A stretch of DNA of 64,000 nt, from the NCBI GenBank assembly GCA_026004195.1, contig BPIQ01000004.1:40923-104922 (forward strand), given 5' to 3'. Shown one piece after another: positions 10,001-19,684 of this stretch; positions within the stretch are counted from its first letter, which is position 1, and every line of letters begins with the position of its first letter. A model generated the notes under the pieces. That model saw only the letters and a program-made list of their open reading frames with translations. It did no database searches and was not told the DNA's origin. Origin of the DNA: Candidatus Binatia bacterium (GTDB taxonomy: Bacteria > Desulfobacterota > Binatia > HRBIN30 > BPIQ01). The position numbers and the translations under genes are program-made.

Positions 10001-10115
10001 CCCCCCGGACGCGACGGAGCGCGTCCCTCCATCTGGGCGTGTCTCTCGAAGGACCCGCTCTGTCCGGGTCCGCGTTCCCGCGTCGTGCGGCCCCCCCCGG
10101 ACGCGACGGAGCGCG
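10001..10115. repeat. 23-nt perfect direct repeat (ccccccggacgcgacggagcgcg) at 10001-10023 and 10093-10115
   Basis: Read directly. Copy 1 also forms a hairpin ggacgcg-acggag-cgcgtcc (10007-10026) just after the comM stop. Confidence 0.8.
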
Positions 10116-10423
10116 AAGGGTGTGAAAAATTCCTCCCGCGCCATCGGAGGCCCGAATTTCATTGAATTTTCCCGGGCGAGATTCGGCCGACCGGAGATTT
10201 TTTCACCATCCCGCGTCCCTCCCGGGCGGCGTCTGGCATCTAGGGGAACGCCGGAGCGCGCTCCGTGGGGGCCCCGATCGTGTTCGCCGCGGGTCCTCCG
10301 CCGCGGGGCCGCGCTCGTGCGGGCCGCCCTTCCCCCTTTGCCGATTTCGCCGGGTGCGGGAGAATGCCGGGGATGGAAGGCGCGTTCGCCCGACGCCTCC
10401 CACCGACGAGGAGGAACACGACG

Positions 10424-10831
10424 ATGAGAAAGCTTCCGACCCTGGCGGTGATTGCCTCGGTACCGTTCTTCGCGAGCCTCGCGGCTGCCGAGCCACGGTG
10501 GAACCCGGAAGAATTCGCCGACGAGAGCACGATCGAGCTCCGCACGATCACTCCGGCCGGCGAGCCCCACTGGTTTCCCGTGTGGGTCGTCGTTCTCGAC
10601 GGCGAACCGTACGTTCGCCTGGGTAACCGCGCCGCACGGAGAATCCGGGAGAACCGGACGGCGCCCTACGTGGCCGTGCGCGTCGCAGGCAAGGTGTTCG
10701 AACGCGTTCGCGGCGTGGAAGCCCCGGAGAAAGCCGAGGCCGTCGCGAAAGCCATGGGCGAAAAATACTGGTCGGACATCGTGGTCCGGCTCTTTCCGCA
10801 TCCCCTGACCCTGCGTCTGGTCCCGGAGTAG
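10424..10831 (+). CDS. Small secreted protein, DUF2255-like (tentative)
   Basis: ATG 10424 after gaggagga; signal MRKLPTLAVIASVPFFASLAAA; pattern IELRT..G.PHWFPVWVVVLDGEPYVRLG recalls DUF2255. Confidence 0.6.
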   Translation: MRKLPTLAVIASVPFFASLAAAEPRWNPEEFADESTIELRTITPAGEPHWFPVWVVVLDGEPYVRLGNRAARRIRENRTAPYVAVRVAGKVFERVRGVEAPEKAEAVAKAMGEKYWSDIVVRLFPHPLTLRLVPE

Positions 10832-10848
10832 GGGCGACCCGACACGTC

Positions 10849-12141
10849 TCAGTCCTCGGCCTCTTCCAGAACGGAAAAGAGCGCGGGGCTCGCGAGCACA
10901 CGGCGCACCAGGTCGACCTGTCGTTTGCTTTCCGTTTTCTGCAGCGCCCTTTTCAGGTGGGTCCTCGCCGTGTGCGGCGAAATTCCCTGACGTCTCGCCG
11001 ACACCTCCAGGGAGAGCCCCGCGACCAGGTCGGACACCACCGCCGCCTCGGCCAGCGTGACGCCGAGGTGCCGGGCGAGCCGCCGCGGCGCGATGCGGAT
11101 TTTCCGGGACGGGTCGGACACGAAAACGAGAGCCGCCGGACGGCGGTCCTCTCGCACGAACACCCCGTCGGGCACGGGGACGACCAGAACGTCGAAAGGC
11201 CACGACCTGCCGTCCTCGAGCGTCATCGTGCCCGCCACCGGCGTCGTCCCTCCCCTGCCGAGCGCGTCGGAGAGGAGTTTCGCAAATGCGTCGCAGCCGC
11301 GCGGATCGGCAGGCAGCAGAATTCCTCCGTGGCCGATTCGCACCGGCCGCCCGGCCGCGAGCAGTTTCTCGGCCGCCGGGTTCCAACCGAGGGCCTTCCC
11401 GCCGGGGCCCAGCAAGAACGCGGGGGTGCGAAGGGCTTCGACGACCGACAAGGCTCCCGAAAGCGACTGCTCGTCACGCAGGAGAGCGACACGCAGCGCG
11501 TAGCCCACGTGTGGAGCAAGCGTGCGCAGAATGCGGAGCTCCTCCGAGCCGAACCGAGGGTCTTTGCGCGAACGCAGAAGACGAAGCACCGCCAGGTGCC
11601 CGTCGCGCTTCCACGGGACGCAGCCGGCGATCTGGAAGAACCCCTGTGGCTTCAAGAACTCGTTGTAGAAGGTCGACCGAAGCAATTCCGAGTCCGGAAC
11701 GAGACGGTCCCCGCGAAAGGAAACCCCCTCGGCCAGGGATTGGATTTTCGGGCGGCGCAAGTCGAACGCGATGTAGTGGGTGTCGTACGCACGGGCCCAC
11801 TTCGGGTCGATTCCCGACGAGAAGGAAAAAACCGTCCGGTCCTCCGGGTACGTGGCAAGGAAAACCGCAGGAGCCTCGCCCCCGATGCGGCCCGAGAGGC
11901 GCAGGAGAAACTCCGGCCAAAGTCGGGAGTCGAAAGCCGCTTCCTGCGCCAGGGCCACGAGGTCGGCCACCGACGTGCCGCGGGAAACCCCGCGGTCTCG
12001 CACCTTGCCCGGCCGGACTCGTTCGGCTGACACGGCTCGGCCCCCTACTCGATTTTCCCCCGACCCGTCAACGAACCGCAACGAGATTCGACGGCCGAGG
12101 GCGCCGGAGTTTTTGCTTTCCGCATACCCCATTTGGGTCAT
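10849..12141 (-). CDS. LuxR-family transcriptional regulator
   Basis: C-terminal LuxR HTH LTLAEAAVVSDLVAGLSLEVSARRQGISPHTARTHLKRALQKT. The N-terminal sensor-like domain is unassigned. Start is uncertain, with several candidates between 11950 and 12201. Confidence 0.8.
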   Translation of the reverse strand: MTQMGYAESKNSGALGRRISLRFVDGSGENRVGGRAVSAERVRPGKVRDRGVSRGTSVADLVALAQEAAFDSRLWPEFLLRLSGRIGGEAPAVFLATYPEDRTVFSFSSGIDPKWARAYDTHYIAFDLRRPKIQSLAEGVSFRGDRLVPDSELLRSTFYNEFLKPQGFFQIAGCVPWKRDGHLAVLRLLRSRKDPRFGSEELRILRTLAPHVGYALRVALLRDEQSLSGALSVVEALRTPAFLLGPGGKALGWNPAAEKLLAAGRPVRIGHGGILLPADPRGCDAFAKLLSDALGRGGTTPVAGTMTLEDGRSWPFDVLVVPVPDGVFVREDRRPAALVFVSDPSRKIRIAPRRLARHLGVTLAEAAVVSDLVAGLSLEVSARRQGISPHTARTHLKRALQKTESKRQVDLVRRVLASPALFSVLEEAED

Positions 12142-12859
12142 TGACGAGCGCCCACGAGTCGCCCGATCCTTGGAAACCGGGTCACGTCGACGATGCGTCA
12201 TACCGTAGCCGAGGCGTTTCCGGGCGGGTCTCGCCGCTGCTGCGCCGAGAGGGAGCGCGAGGGCGACGAGAAAAGCGTCGGGGGGAACGCGTTTCCCGCC
12301 CGGAAGCTCGTCCCGCGCGCGAAGAGGAGCGCTCTACCAGGAGGGTAGCGGGACCGGAGAGGGGGCGGGAGGCTCCCCCTCTCCGCACGAAAGACGTTTC
12401 CGGGCAGCCGGAAAAACCCGCCAAGAAACCACCGGAAAGTCGCGGCCGGAGTAGATTCATCGGGCGTGCACCGCTTGCCCTCCGAGCCTCCTGCGCAGGA
12501 TGGGCACCGGTTCGAACGTCCGCGCGCTACGAACTACGCGACGGCGAGTCCGGAGTTCTGTCCCGGCTAGTCCCGCGAAAACGAACCGACCCGACCTGGA
12601 GGTCACCCATCCCACCCGTACCTGCCCGCTCCACCGGAGGAGCCGCGATGGGACGACGACGGCGGCGTCGAAGAGAAGCGCCAGCATGGCTGCCATCCGA
12701 CGCCGAAGCCCACGCAGCCATGCTGCCGGAGTTTTGCCCCGATCGTCCGGAGCTGCGCCCGAGGAAACCCCGAGCGTGTGAAAAAATCCGCCGGGCCGGC
12801 GCCGGAGTGGATCGAGAGAGCGCTTCCCGCACCCGTCGAACGGTGCTAAGAGGAGCGGC

Positions 12860-13363
12860 ATGGATCCGAACGCGAAAAAGACCGCCCTCAGAATGATTCC
12901 CTACGGCCTCTACGTCCTCACGGCGAGGAGCGACGAAGGACAGGTCGCCGCGGCCACGGTCAACTGGGTCACGCAAGCCTCTTTCGAACCTCCGCTCGTC
13001 GTCGTGGGCGTCAAGGTCGATTCTTCGGCGCACGCGGTCATCAAGCGGTCGAAGGCCTTCTGCCTCAACGTTCTCGGCAAGGGACAGCAACAACTCGCCT
13101 TCACCTTTTTCAAACCCGCGCAACACGAAGGCGACAGGATCAGCGGAGAAAAGTACCGCTCCGGGTCGACGGGCTCGCCCGTCCTCGAAAGCTGCCCCGC
13201 GTACGTGGAGTGCCGACTCACGGACACGATCGAGAAAGGTGATCACTCGATTTTCGTGGGCGAAGTCGTGGCGGCCGGCCTCCACAAGGAAATCGAGGGC
13301 AGGCCGGACGACGCTACGCTCTGGCTCAAGGACCTCGGCGAGAAAACCTTCTACGGCGGCTAG
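12860..13363 (+). CDS. Flavin reductase-like FMN-binding protein
   Basis: LYVLTARSDEGQVAAATVNWVTQASFEPPLVVVGV ... GDHSIFVGEVV, the flavin reductase domain pattern. aggagcggc precedes the ATG. Confidence 0.85.
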   Translation: MDPNAKKTALRMIPYGLYVLTARSDEGQVAAATVNWVTQASFEPPLVVVGVKVDSSAHAVIKRSKAFCLNVLGKGQQQLAFTFFKPAQHEGDRISGEKYRSGSTGSPVLESCPAYVECRLTDTIEKGDHSIFVGEVVAAGLHKEIEGRPDDATLWLKDLGEKTFYGG

Positions 13364-13407
13364 CCGGCCGGGGACGTCGGCAAGCGGCTCGTGGTGCCCG
13401 TCCTTTT

Positions 13408-13436
13408 CCCGCTTCCCGCGCGCCGCGGGAAGCGGG
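13408..13436. terminator. GC-rich hairpin between convergent genes (possible bidirectional terminator)
   Basis: cccgcttcccgcg (13408-13420) pairs perfectly with cgcgggaagcggg (13424-13436). No clear U-tract on either strand. Confidence 0.45.
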
Positions 13437-13449
13437 GAGTCCGTCGCCG

Positions 13450-13989
13450 TCAAGCGCCGAACAGTCGCCGGTAGCCTTCGATGTACAGGTAGAAGATCGC
13501 CGTCACGCCGTGCCGTCGTGCCACGAACGCGTAAGCGGCCGACGCCACGGCCACGGCGAGAAGCGTTCCGACGGGAACCGGAGCCCACTCCCACCTCCCC
13601 CGGCGAAAGCGCCTCCAGAGAAGCTCCGACGCGGCGATCTGCACGGCTGCGGCGGTGAAAAGGCCCATGACGAGGGGATTCAGCGCGTAGTAGAGCGCTT
13701 CGGGGGGCGGGAAATACAACCCCACGTGCAAGCACTCCTTCGCGACCCAAGCCGCGGGAACCAGGAACGCCCAGGCCACCGACTCGGGACCGGAGCGCCC
13801 GCGGGCCCGGGCCCACGGGTAGACGAAACTCGGCCCGAGGACGAGCGTGGCGGCGTAAACGAAGACGACCCGGTTCGCGAGCCACGGCGGCGAAAGGTTG
13901 TAGGCGACGAAGCTTGCCGCCGCGATCAGCAAGCAGAAAATCGGCGCTTTCCAGGCTCCCTTCCGCGCGGAGCGCGTACCTTCATGCAT
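13450..13989 (-). CDS. Hypothetical integral membrane protein
   Basis: 179 aa with 4-5 hydrophobic helices. The ATG at 13989 overlaps the sulfatase stop by 8 nt, which implies an operon. Confidence 0.65.
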   Translation of the reverse strand: MHEGTRSARKGAWKAPIFCLLIAAASFVAYNLSPPWLANRVVFVYAATLVLGPSFVYPWARARGRSGPESVAWAFLVPAAWVAKECLHVGLYFPPPEALYYALNPLVMGLFTAAAVQIAASELLWRRFRRGRWEWAPVPVGTLLAVAVASAAYAFVARRHGVTAIFYLYIEGYRRLFGA

Positions 13990-15418
13990 CGAACTTCTCG
14001 CCGTGCCGGAGACCCGCGAGCAAGCGCCGGAGTTCGGGAAGCACTCGATCGCCTTCTTCGGTACCGTACAGGTCGCGTTCTTGCTTCGGATCGTTCAAGA
14101 GGTCGTGGAGCGAGGGTTTCCAGCAGCCCTCGTACTCCACGTAGAGGTAGCGCTCCGTGTGAACTCCCTGGTAGCCGGGCACACGGTAGGGAAACTCCCT
14201 GTAGTTCTCGACGAGCCAGGCCCTCCGCCCGGGGGCATCGGGGTCCGCCAGGACGGGAAGAAAGCTCCGGCCTTGCATCCAGTCGGGCACGTCGAGCCCG
14301 GCCAGTTCGAGAAGGGTCGGGGCGAGGTCGAGATTGAGGACCATCTGGCGCGCCACGCGACCCGGTCTCTCCACGCCTTGCGGCCAACGCACGATCCAGG
14401 GGATGCGAATCACCTCTTCGAACGGCCAGCGAAGCTCCACGCGCTTGTGTTCCCCGAAGAGGAAACCGTTGTCGCTCGCGTAGAGAACGAACGTGCGACC
14501 CGCGAGCCCCCGGTCGTCCAGGAAACGAAGGAGCCGGCCGATCTCCCGATCCATTCCCGTCACCGTCTCCATGTATGCGCGGTAGGCACTCTCGACGGGG
14601 CGGTCGAACCCGCCCCAGATCTGACCGTTCGTAAAACCCGTCCAGGAGTTCGCCCCCTTCGGAAGGTGGACCGGTTCGTCCGAGTAGATCCCCTCGAGGT
14701 CCGGCGGAGGCTTCCAGGGATGGTGGACGGCCTTGTGGGCCAGGTAGAGGCAGAAGGGCTCGGGCCCTTCGCGTACGAAGTCGATGGCACGGTCGGTCAG
14801 TTCTTCCGTGATGTAGCGTCTGCGCGACGGTTCGGGGCGGCCGTCGACGACCAGCGGGCAGTCGAAGTAGCGCCCCTGCCCGCCCTCGATCGTGAACGTG
14901 ACGAACCGCTCGACTCCGCGGAGGCGGGGGAGTGGCGAGGCGGGCATGTGCCACTTTCCGACGAACCCGTTCCTGTACCCGGCCTGGCTTTGCAAAAGCT
15001 CGAAAAAAGTGACGAGCTTCTCGTCCCAACTCGCCTGCGTCGTGTGGTTCTTGACACCATGGCGGTAGGCGTAAAGGCCCGTGAGAAAACTCGCCCGCGC
15101 GGGGCTGCAGAGGGGCGTCGTACAGTAGGCGCGTTCGAACCGTACCCCTTCGCGTGCCAGACGGTCGAGTGCCGGGGTCCGAACGAAGGGGTGCCCGGCG
15201 ATCCCGATCGCGTCGGCCCGGTGGTTGTCGGAAAGGACGACCACGAAGTTCGGACGCGTGACTCTCCGGGCTGCACGCCCGCGTCGCACCTCCGGTACGA
15301 AAGAAGCCACGGCAGCCCCGAGAATCCCGAGAGCCGACTTCGTACCAGCCCGGAGGACTTCCCTCCGCGTCCGGAGCCTTCCGGCCTTGCGCCCCTGCAC
15401 GAGGGGCCGCGCTACCAC
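13982..15418 (-). CDS. Cys-type sulfatase (arylsulfatase family)
   Basis: PNFVVVLSDNHRADAIG ... TPLCSPARASFLTGLY (C-x-P-x-R formylglycine motif) ... GKWH ... YASDNG. GTG 15418 gives a signal-like N-terminus (RREVLRAGTKSALGILGAAVA). The remaining 680 aa of the track ORF is antisense to DUF1302. Confidence 0.85.
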   Translation of the reverse strand: MVARPLVQGRKAGRLRTRREVLRAGTKSALGILGAAVASFVPEVRRGRAARRVTRPNFVVVLSDNHRADAIGIAGHPFVRTPALDRLAREGVRFERAYCTTPLCSPARASFLTGLYAYRHGVKNHTTQASWDEKLVTFFELLQSQAGYRNGFVGKWHMPASPLPRLRGVERFVTFTIEGGQGRYFDCPLVVDGRPEPSRRRYITEELTDRAIDFVREGPEPFCLYLAHKAVHHPWKPPPDLEGIYSDEPVHLPKGANSWTGFTNGQIWGGFDRPVESAYRAYMETVTGMDREIGRLLRFLDDRGLAGRTFVLYASDNGFLFGEHKRVELRWPFEEVIRIPWIVRWPQGVERPGRVARQMVLNLDLAPTLLELAGLDVPDWMQGRSFLPVLADPDAPGRRAWLVENYREFPYRVPGYQGVHTERYLYVEYEGCWKPSLHDLLNDPKQERDLYGTEEGDRVLPELRRLLAGLRHGEKFDA

Positions 15419-15643
15419 AGCGCTTTTTTCCCGGTCAAGCGTACCGGCGGAGAGGAAAACGCCGCCGAAGACGGAAAAGATCCTGCGAGCCGGGCTCCCC
15501 CCCGCCGGGAGCTTTTTCCTCGACCGTGACGCCGACTTTCTTCTTGCACTTCCAAACGTTTGTTTTGTAAGTTCCCCCGCGTCCGCGTGCCGGGGGCTTC
15601 GACGGAGCTGGGCCGCGGGAATTCTCGACGGGGAGGGCAGCCG

Positions 15644-17524
15644 ATGCGTCGATTCGCACTTGCAGTCGCGGGGGTTCTGGTGCTGGTCGCCGTGCCCGAG
15701 ATCGCACGGGCCCTGTTCCTCGACGAAGCGCAAACGATCGACTTTCGCGCTCGCATCTATTCGCAGGCGACGCTCCGGACCGAGGACACCCGCAAGCGGA
15801 ACGGCGACGAAAGCTACCCGGTCACGAAGGCCGGGCAGCTGATCCAGCACCGGAACTTCTACAGCCCCGAGCTCGACGCGAAACTCGCGCCGCACCTCGA
15901 GTGGATGCGAGAACTGCCCGTGCTCCGCTGGCTGGCACCCGACCGCCTCGACTTCCGCCTGGCGGTGTGGGGCTACTACGACGGCATCTACGACTACGGA
16001 ACGTCGCAGTTCCTCGACGAAGTCCGCAGGCCGCGAACCTCCACCACCGAGTCGGCGCTGCGGGGAGGCAAGACCTGCCCGCAGGGCCTCACCTGCGTCG
16101 TACGCGCCATCCAGACCCACGGCAGCCGAATCCCGTCGACGGAGGAAATCGCGAGCCGGCTCGACGCGGGAGAAGACCTCGAGAGCATTTTCGAGCCCAC
16201 GGACGCACGGGACTTCTACACGGAGGAAACGCGGATCAACGAGCTTTATCTCAATTACTTCAAGGGACCCGTCTTCGTTCGCCTCGGAAAACAGACGCTT
16301 TCGTGGGGCGAATCCGACACGATCGCGCTCATCGACCAGACCAACCCCTTCAGCACGAAGCTCGCCATTCCGGGCTTGCTGCAGGACCTCGACGAGGCGC
16401 GCATCCCCCTCTGGACGCTCCGAGCGGGCGTGAAGCTCTTCCGCAAGCTCGGCCCCTTCGCGAGCGGTTTCGTGGAAGGCTACTGGGTGCCGGGCTTCGT
16501 CGACACGAGCGTCTCGCCCCAGCCGCTCCTGGGTTTCAGCCCCTACTCGCCCCCTTCCGCGGACCCGCAAACCGTCGCGGCGCTCCAGGTACGGGCCGGC
16601 GTCCTGCAGCAGGGCCTTTCGGAGTCCATCGCGGACCGGCTCGCCAACACGACGCAACTCGTCATTTTCGACAAAGAGCCCCGGAAGACGTTCCGCAACA
16701 GCCGGTACGGCCTCCGTCTTCAGTCGCTCGTCGGCCGATCCCACACCGTGACGCTCTGGTACTACACGACGTTTCCCACGGCGCCCGTGCCCCGGCTCGT
16801 CCGGCTCGTCAACATCGGGTTGCCGCAGCTGCAAGGCAAACAGGGCGTCATCGTCAACGAAATCGTCCACGACATCACGCACGTCTTCGGAATTTCCGAC
16901 ACGTTCTTTTTCGAACCGCTCGACACGGTCATCCGGGCCAACGCCATCTACTTTTTCCAGGAACCCGGCTTCGTCCCCGAGATCAGCCTTCGGCAAGAGC
17001 TCGAAATGGGCGTGAACCCCGTGGTGAAAAGCGCCGTCCCCAGGGCGGACTTCCTCCGTTTCGAGATCGGCTTCGACCGGTTCTTTTTCGTCCGGCCGCT
17101 CAACCCGACGAACAGCTTCCTTTTCGTGACGGCCTTCTCGGGTTCCTGGAACGTCACCGAAACCTTCGACGACGACAAGGACTTCCGCTTCAACGGCGCC
17201 ACTCGCCCCGACGCGCGACTCTTCGTTTCTCCCGACCTCCCGATTCCCAACCCCAACCAGTTCGTCGACCTCAAGCCCTTCGACAACGGGAACTGGCAGA
17301 CCCGCATCCAGACCGACTACCTGCACGGGCGGCTCACGCCGGGCATCACGACCATCCTGAACTACGAAGGAGCCTTTGCCATCAACCTCGCCGTCGACTA
17401 CCGATTCACCGACTGGCTCCTCGGAAGGCTCCAGTACACGATCATCGACGGCGCCTTCCACCAGATCGGGTTCAACCGGGATCGCGACCAGCTCGCGTTC
17501 CGTCTGACCTACCAGCTCAACTGA
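15644..17524 (+). CDS. DUF1302-family outer-membrane protein (second paralogue)
   Basis: VRLGKQTLSWGESDTIALIDQTNPF hallmark; signal MRRFALAVAGVLVLVAVPEIARA. ATG 15644 follows gggaggg. Confidence 0.85.
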   Translation: MRRFALAVAGVLVLVAVPEIARALFLDEAQTIDFRARIYSQATLRTEDTRKRNGDESYPVTKAGQLIQHRNFYSPELDAKLAPHLEWMRELPVLRWLAPDRLDFRLAVWGYYDGIYDYGTSQFLDEVRRPRTSTTESALRGGKTCPQGLTCVVRAIQTHGSRIPSTEEIASRLDAGEDLESIFEPTDARDFYTEETRINELYLNYFKGPVFVRLGKQTLSWGESDTIALIDQTNPFSTKLAIPGLLQDLDEARIPLWTLRAGVKLFRKLGPFASGFVEGYWVPGFVDTSVSPQPLLGFSPYSPPSADPQTVAALQVRAGVLQQGLSESIADRLANTTQLVIFDKEPRKTFRNSRYGLRLQSLVGRSHTVTLWYYTTFPTAPVPRLVRLVNIGLPQLQGKQGVIVNEIVHDITHVFGISDTFFFEPLDTVIRANAIYFFQEPGFVPEISLRQELEMGVNPVVKSAVPRADFLRFEIGFDRFFFVRPLNPTNSFLFVTAFSGSWNVTETFDDDKDFRFNGATRPDARLFVSPDLPIPNPNQFVDLKPFDNGNWQTRIQTDYLHGRLTPGITTILNYEGAFAINLAVDYRFTDWLLGRLQYTIIDGAFHQIGFNRDRDQLAFRLTYQLN

Positions 17525-17540
17525 GAAGCACCCGGGGCGC

Positions 17541-18047
17541 TCAACGCAGATGGTCGGGCCAGCCCGGTGGCGGATCCACCGGGCGGGCTCCCACCTTCTT
17601 CGGGTAAGCTCGGATGTCGTAGAACACCTGTGCCCCGAGATAGAGGCTTTCCACGTCGAGCCGGAGCAGTGCCGATCCCCAGGGCGGCACGGGTATGTCC
17701 TGCTCGAAGTACTTTGTTTCGAGCGGTATCATCGTTCCGTTCCGGGCACCGAGGAAGGTCAGAACCAGCCGGACACCCTCGACAGGCTCGTCGTACGTGC
17801 TCCGGATACGGGTTCTCAGCATCATGACGGTTCCGGTCGTGGCCACGTCCCTCAGGTCCACGAGCAACCTTCCAAGTGGTCTCTCCCTTTCCTCTGCGGG
17901 AAGGGCGAGCCGCACGTACTCGCGAACCTTGCGGGCGCGCTCTTTTCGCGCCTCGAGGGCCGGGTCGGTCGTAGCCCCGCAACCGGCCAGGGCGAGGGCG
18001 TAAAAGAGGAAAGCTACGAAAAGTTCTTTTGCGCCGACGCGCAGCAT
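17541..18047 (-). CDS. Hypothetical lipoprotein
   Basis: ATG 18047; lipobox ALALAGC; 168 aa; no family recognised. Confidence 0.6.
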   Translation of the reverse strand: MLRVGAKELFVAFLFYALALAGCGATTDPALEARKERARKVREYVRLALPAEERERPLGRLLVDLRDVATTGTVMMLRTRIRSTYDEPVEGVRLVLTFLGARNGTMIPLETKYFEQDIPVPPWGSALLRLDVESLYLGAQVFYDIRAYPKKVGARPVDPPPGWPDHLR

Positions 18048-18365
18048 CCTCCGGTGTCGCGCGGGCAACCCGACCCACCCCTTCTCGCACGAAGGGGAGC
18101 CGTCGATACCCTGCGCGCGGTTTCGCCGGAAAGGCAACGAACCGACCGCGCCCGGGCCGGAAGGCGTCGGTAGAACCCGACCTCGTTTTCCGAGGAACGG
18201 GAGTAGAGGGCGACACCGCGGACGCGAGGCAAAAACCCACCGAGCGACTCTCGCACTCCTTCGGGTTTCCCCTTTTCCCCTGCGTGCGTCCGGCATCGGG
18301 TCGTCTCTCCCCCCGGGGCGGCCCGGACGCTACCGAGGACCGGCGGGGAACGTCAAGGCGTCCTT

Positions 18366-18914
18366 TCACGGACGCGGGATCTCGACGCTTTGCACCCTCC
18401 CCCCGCCTCCGTGTTTCGAATCGAATGCGCGTACGGTGACGCGGTCGATCCCTTCGGGGATCTTCACGCCCGAAAGCGAGCGGGTGAACGGCTGCTCCTC
18501 GACATGAGGGTGGCGCAAGACGCGGACGGCGAGGACCCTGCCGTCGGGTGCCACGATTTCCCAGCGGTTGGCGTAGTGGTCCCAGCCCTCGTCCGCGTGC
18601 CGTACGGTCACGGAAAACCGGTACGTACCGCCCTCCTCGCGCTCGACGCGAACGTCTTCGACGTCGGCTTTGCCCGCGCCGGCGGGCGTCACGAGCGCCC
18701 CCGCGAGCGAAGTCGCGAGAGCCGCCGCGAGCCCGAGAGCAGTCGAGCCCGTTCGCCCCGTTCCCGCTCCACGGAAGGCCGGGGCACCACTTCCCGGCGC
18801 GGCGTCGGGCACGTGGAAAGCCCCCTTCGCCCGCGATCCGGAACGCCTGTCGCGACCCGAAGACGTCCCTCGACGGGCCTCCCGCCCGCGACGCCGGAGA
18901 TACCGCGGCAGCAC
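18366..18914 (-). CDS. Hypothetical secreted protein
   Basis: Ala-rich signal-like segment (TALGLAAALATSLAGALV), then ADVEDVRVEREEGGTYRFSVTVRHADEGWDHYANRWEIVAPDG...HPHVEEQPFTRS. The start could be GTG 18914 or GTG 18812. Confidence 0.5.
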   Translation of the reverse strand: MLPRYLRRRGREARRGTSSGRDRRSGSRAKGAFHVPDAAPGSGAPAFRGAGTGRTGSTALGLAAALATSLAGALVTPAGAGKADVEDVRVEREEGGTYRFSVTVRHADEGWDHYANRWEIVAPDGRVLAVRVLRHPHVEEQPFTRSLSGVKIPEGIDRVTVRAFDSKHGGGGRVQSVEIPRP

Positions 18915-19082
18915 GGCATGCCAGAAGAGCGCATCTCCCGAGAAGCATCAAGCACCAGGTTCGTGCTTTGCCGCGCGCACCCTCCGTGACTCGAGTCGCA
19001 AGGGTGCCTTCTCTTGCACGCCGCCCTTTTTTTCCTCTCCGTTTTGGCGTAGGTTCCGCCTCGAGCGGCGGAGGTGGCGCAG

Positions 19083-19517
19083 ATGGCGAAGGTTTACGAC
19101 GCCCTCAAGCGGGTAGAAGAGGAGAGGCGGCGGCAGGTGTCCCGTACGGTGGAACCCCCGCCCGAACCGGAAGAGACCATGCCCATGTCGGTCTGGAAAC
19201 GGTGGCCCGTCTTCTGGACGCAGAGACTGCGAGAGCGGAGCACCGTCGAGCGGTCGCTCGACGTGCTCGCACAAGGTCTGGGCGACATCCAGGAGAGACT
19301 CGATCGTATCGAGCGAAGCTTCGGAGCTCGACCCGAGATGGCTCCCTCCGCGCTGGAGACGCTCGACGCGAGGGTCTCCGTCTTCGAACGGACCTACGGA
19401 CCTCTCCTCTCGCGACAGCTCGAGCGTGTCGAAAAGCGGCTCGCCGCACTGCTCCTTCTCGCGACGGCCGCCGTGCTCCTGGCCGCGGCCGACCTCTGCC
19501 TTCTTTTTCTGCGCTGA
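19083..19517 (+). CDS. Small coiled-coil protein with C-terminal TM helix
   Basis: ATG 19083 lies 6 nt after ggaggtg. MAKVYDALKRVEEERRRQ... ends in LLLLATAAVLLAAADLCLLFLR. Confidence 0.6.
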   Translation: MAKVYDALKRVEEERRRQVSRTVEPPPEPEETMPMSVWKRWPVFWTQRLRERSTVERSLDVLAQGLGDIQERLDRIERSFGARPEMAPSALETLDARVSVFERTYGPLLSRQLERVEKRLAALLLLATAAVLLAAADLCLLFLR

Positions 19518-19684
19518 TTGCTCGCTTCCCGCGCCCGAGAGCCCACTGCGGTCCGAGCAGCGGGCGAGGGGCCTCGAGGACGGCCCGAGGCCGGGTTCGT
19601 TGTTTTGCGGCCCGATCGTCCTCTTTTCTTCCCAGGCGGGCCTGTGTTAGGGGTGGGTATCGCTTTTCTTCGAGGTGGAAAGCC

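Noticed and set aside
12495-12525. ggttcgaac motif resembling a tRNA T-arm
   Set aside because: The flanking bases do not form the T-stem, and no acceptor or anticodon arms can be drawn.
15419-17461. N-terminal roughly 680 aa of the 1159-aa ORF 13982..17461 (minus)
   Set aside because: It is antisense to the well-supported DUF1302 gene. Recognisable sulfatase sequence only begins near 15418.
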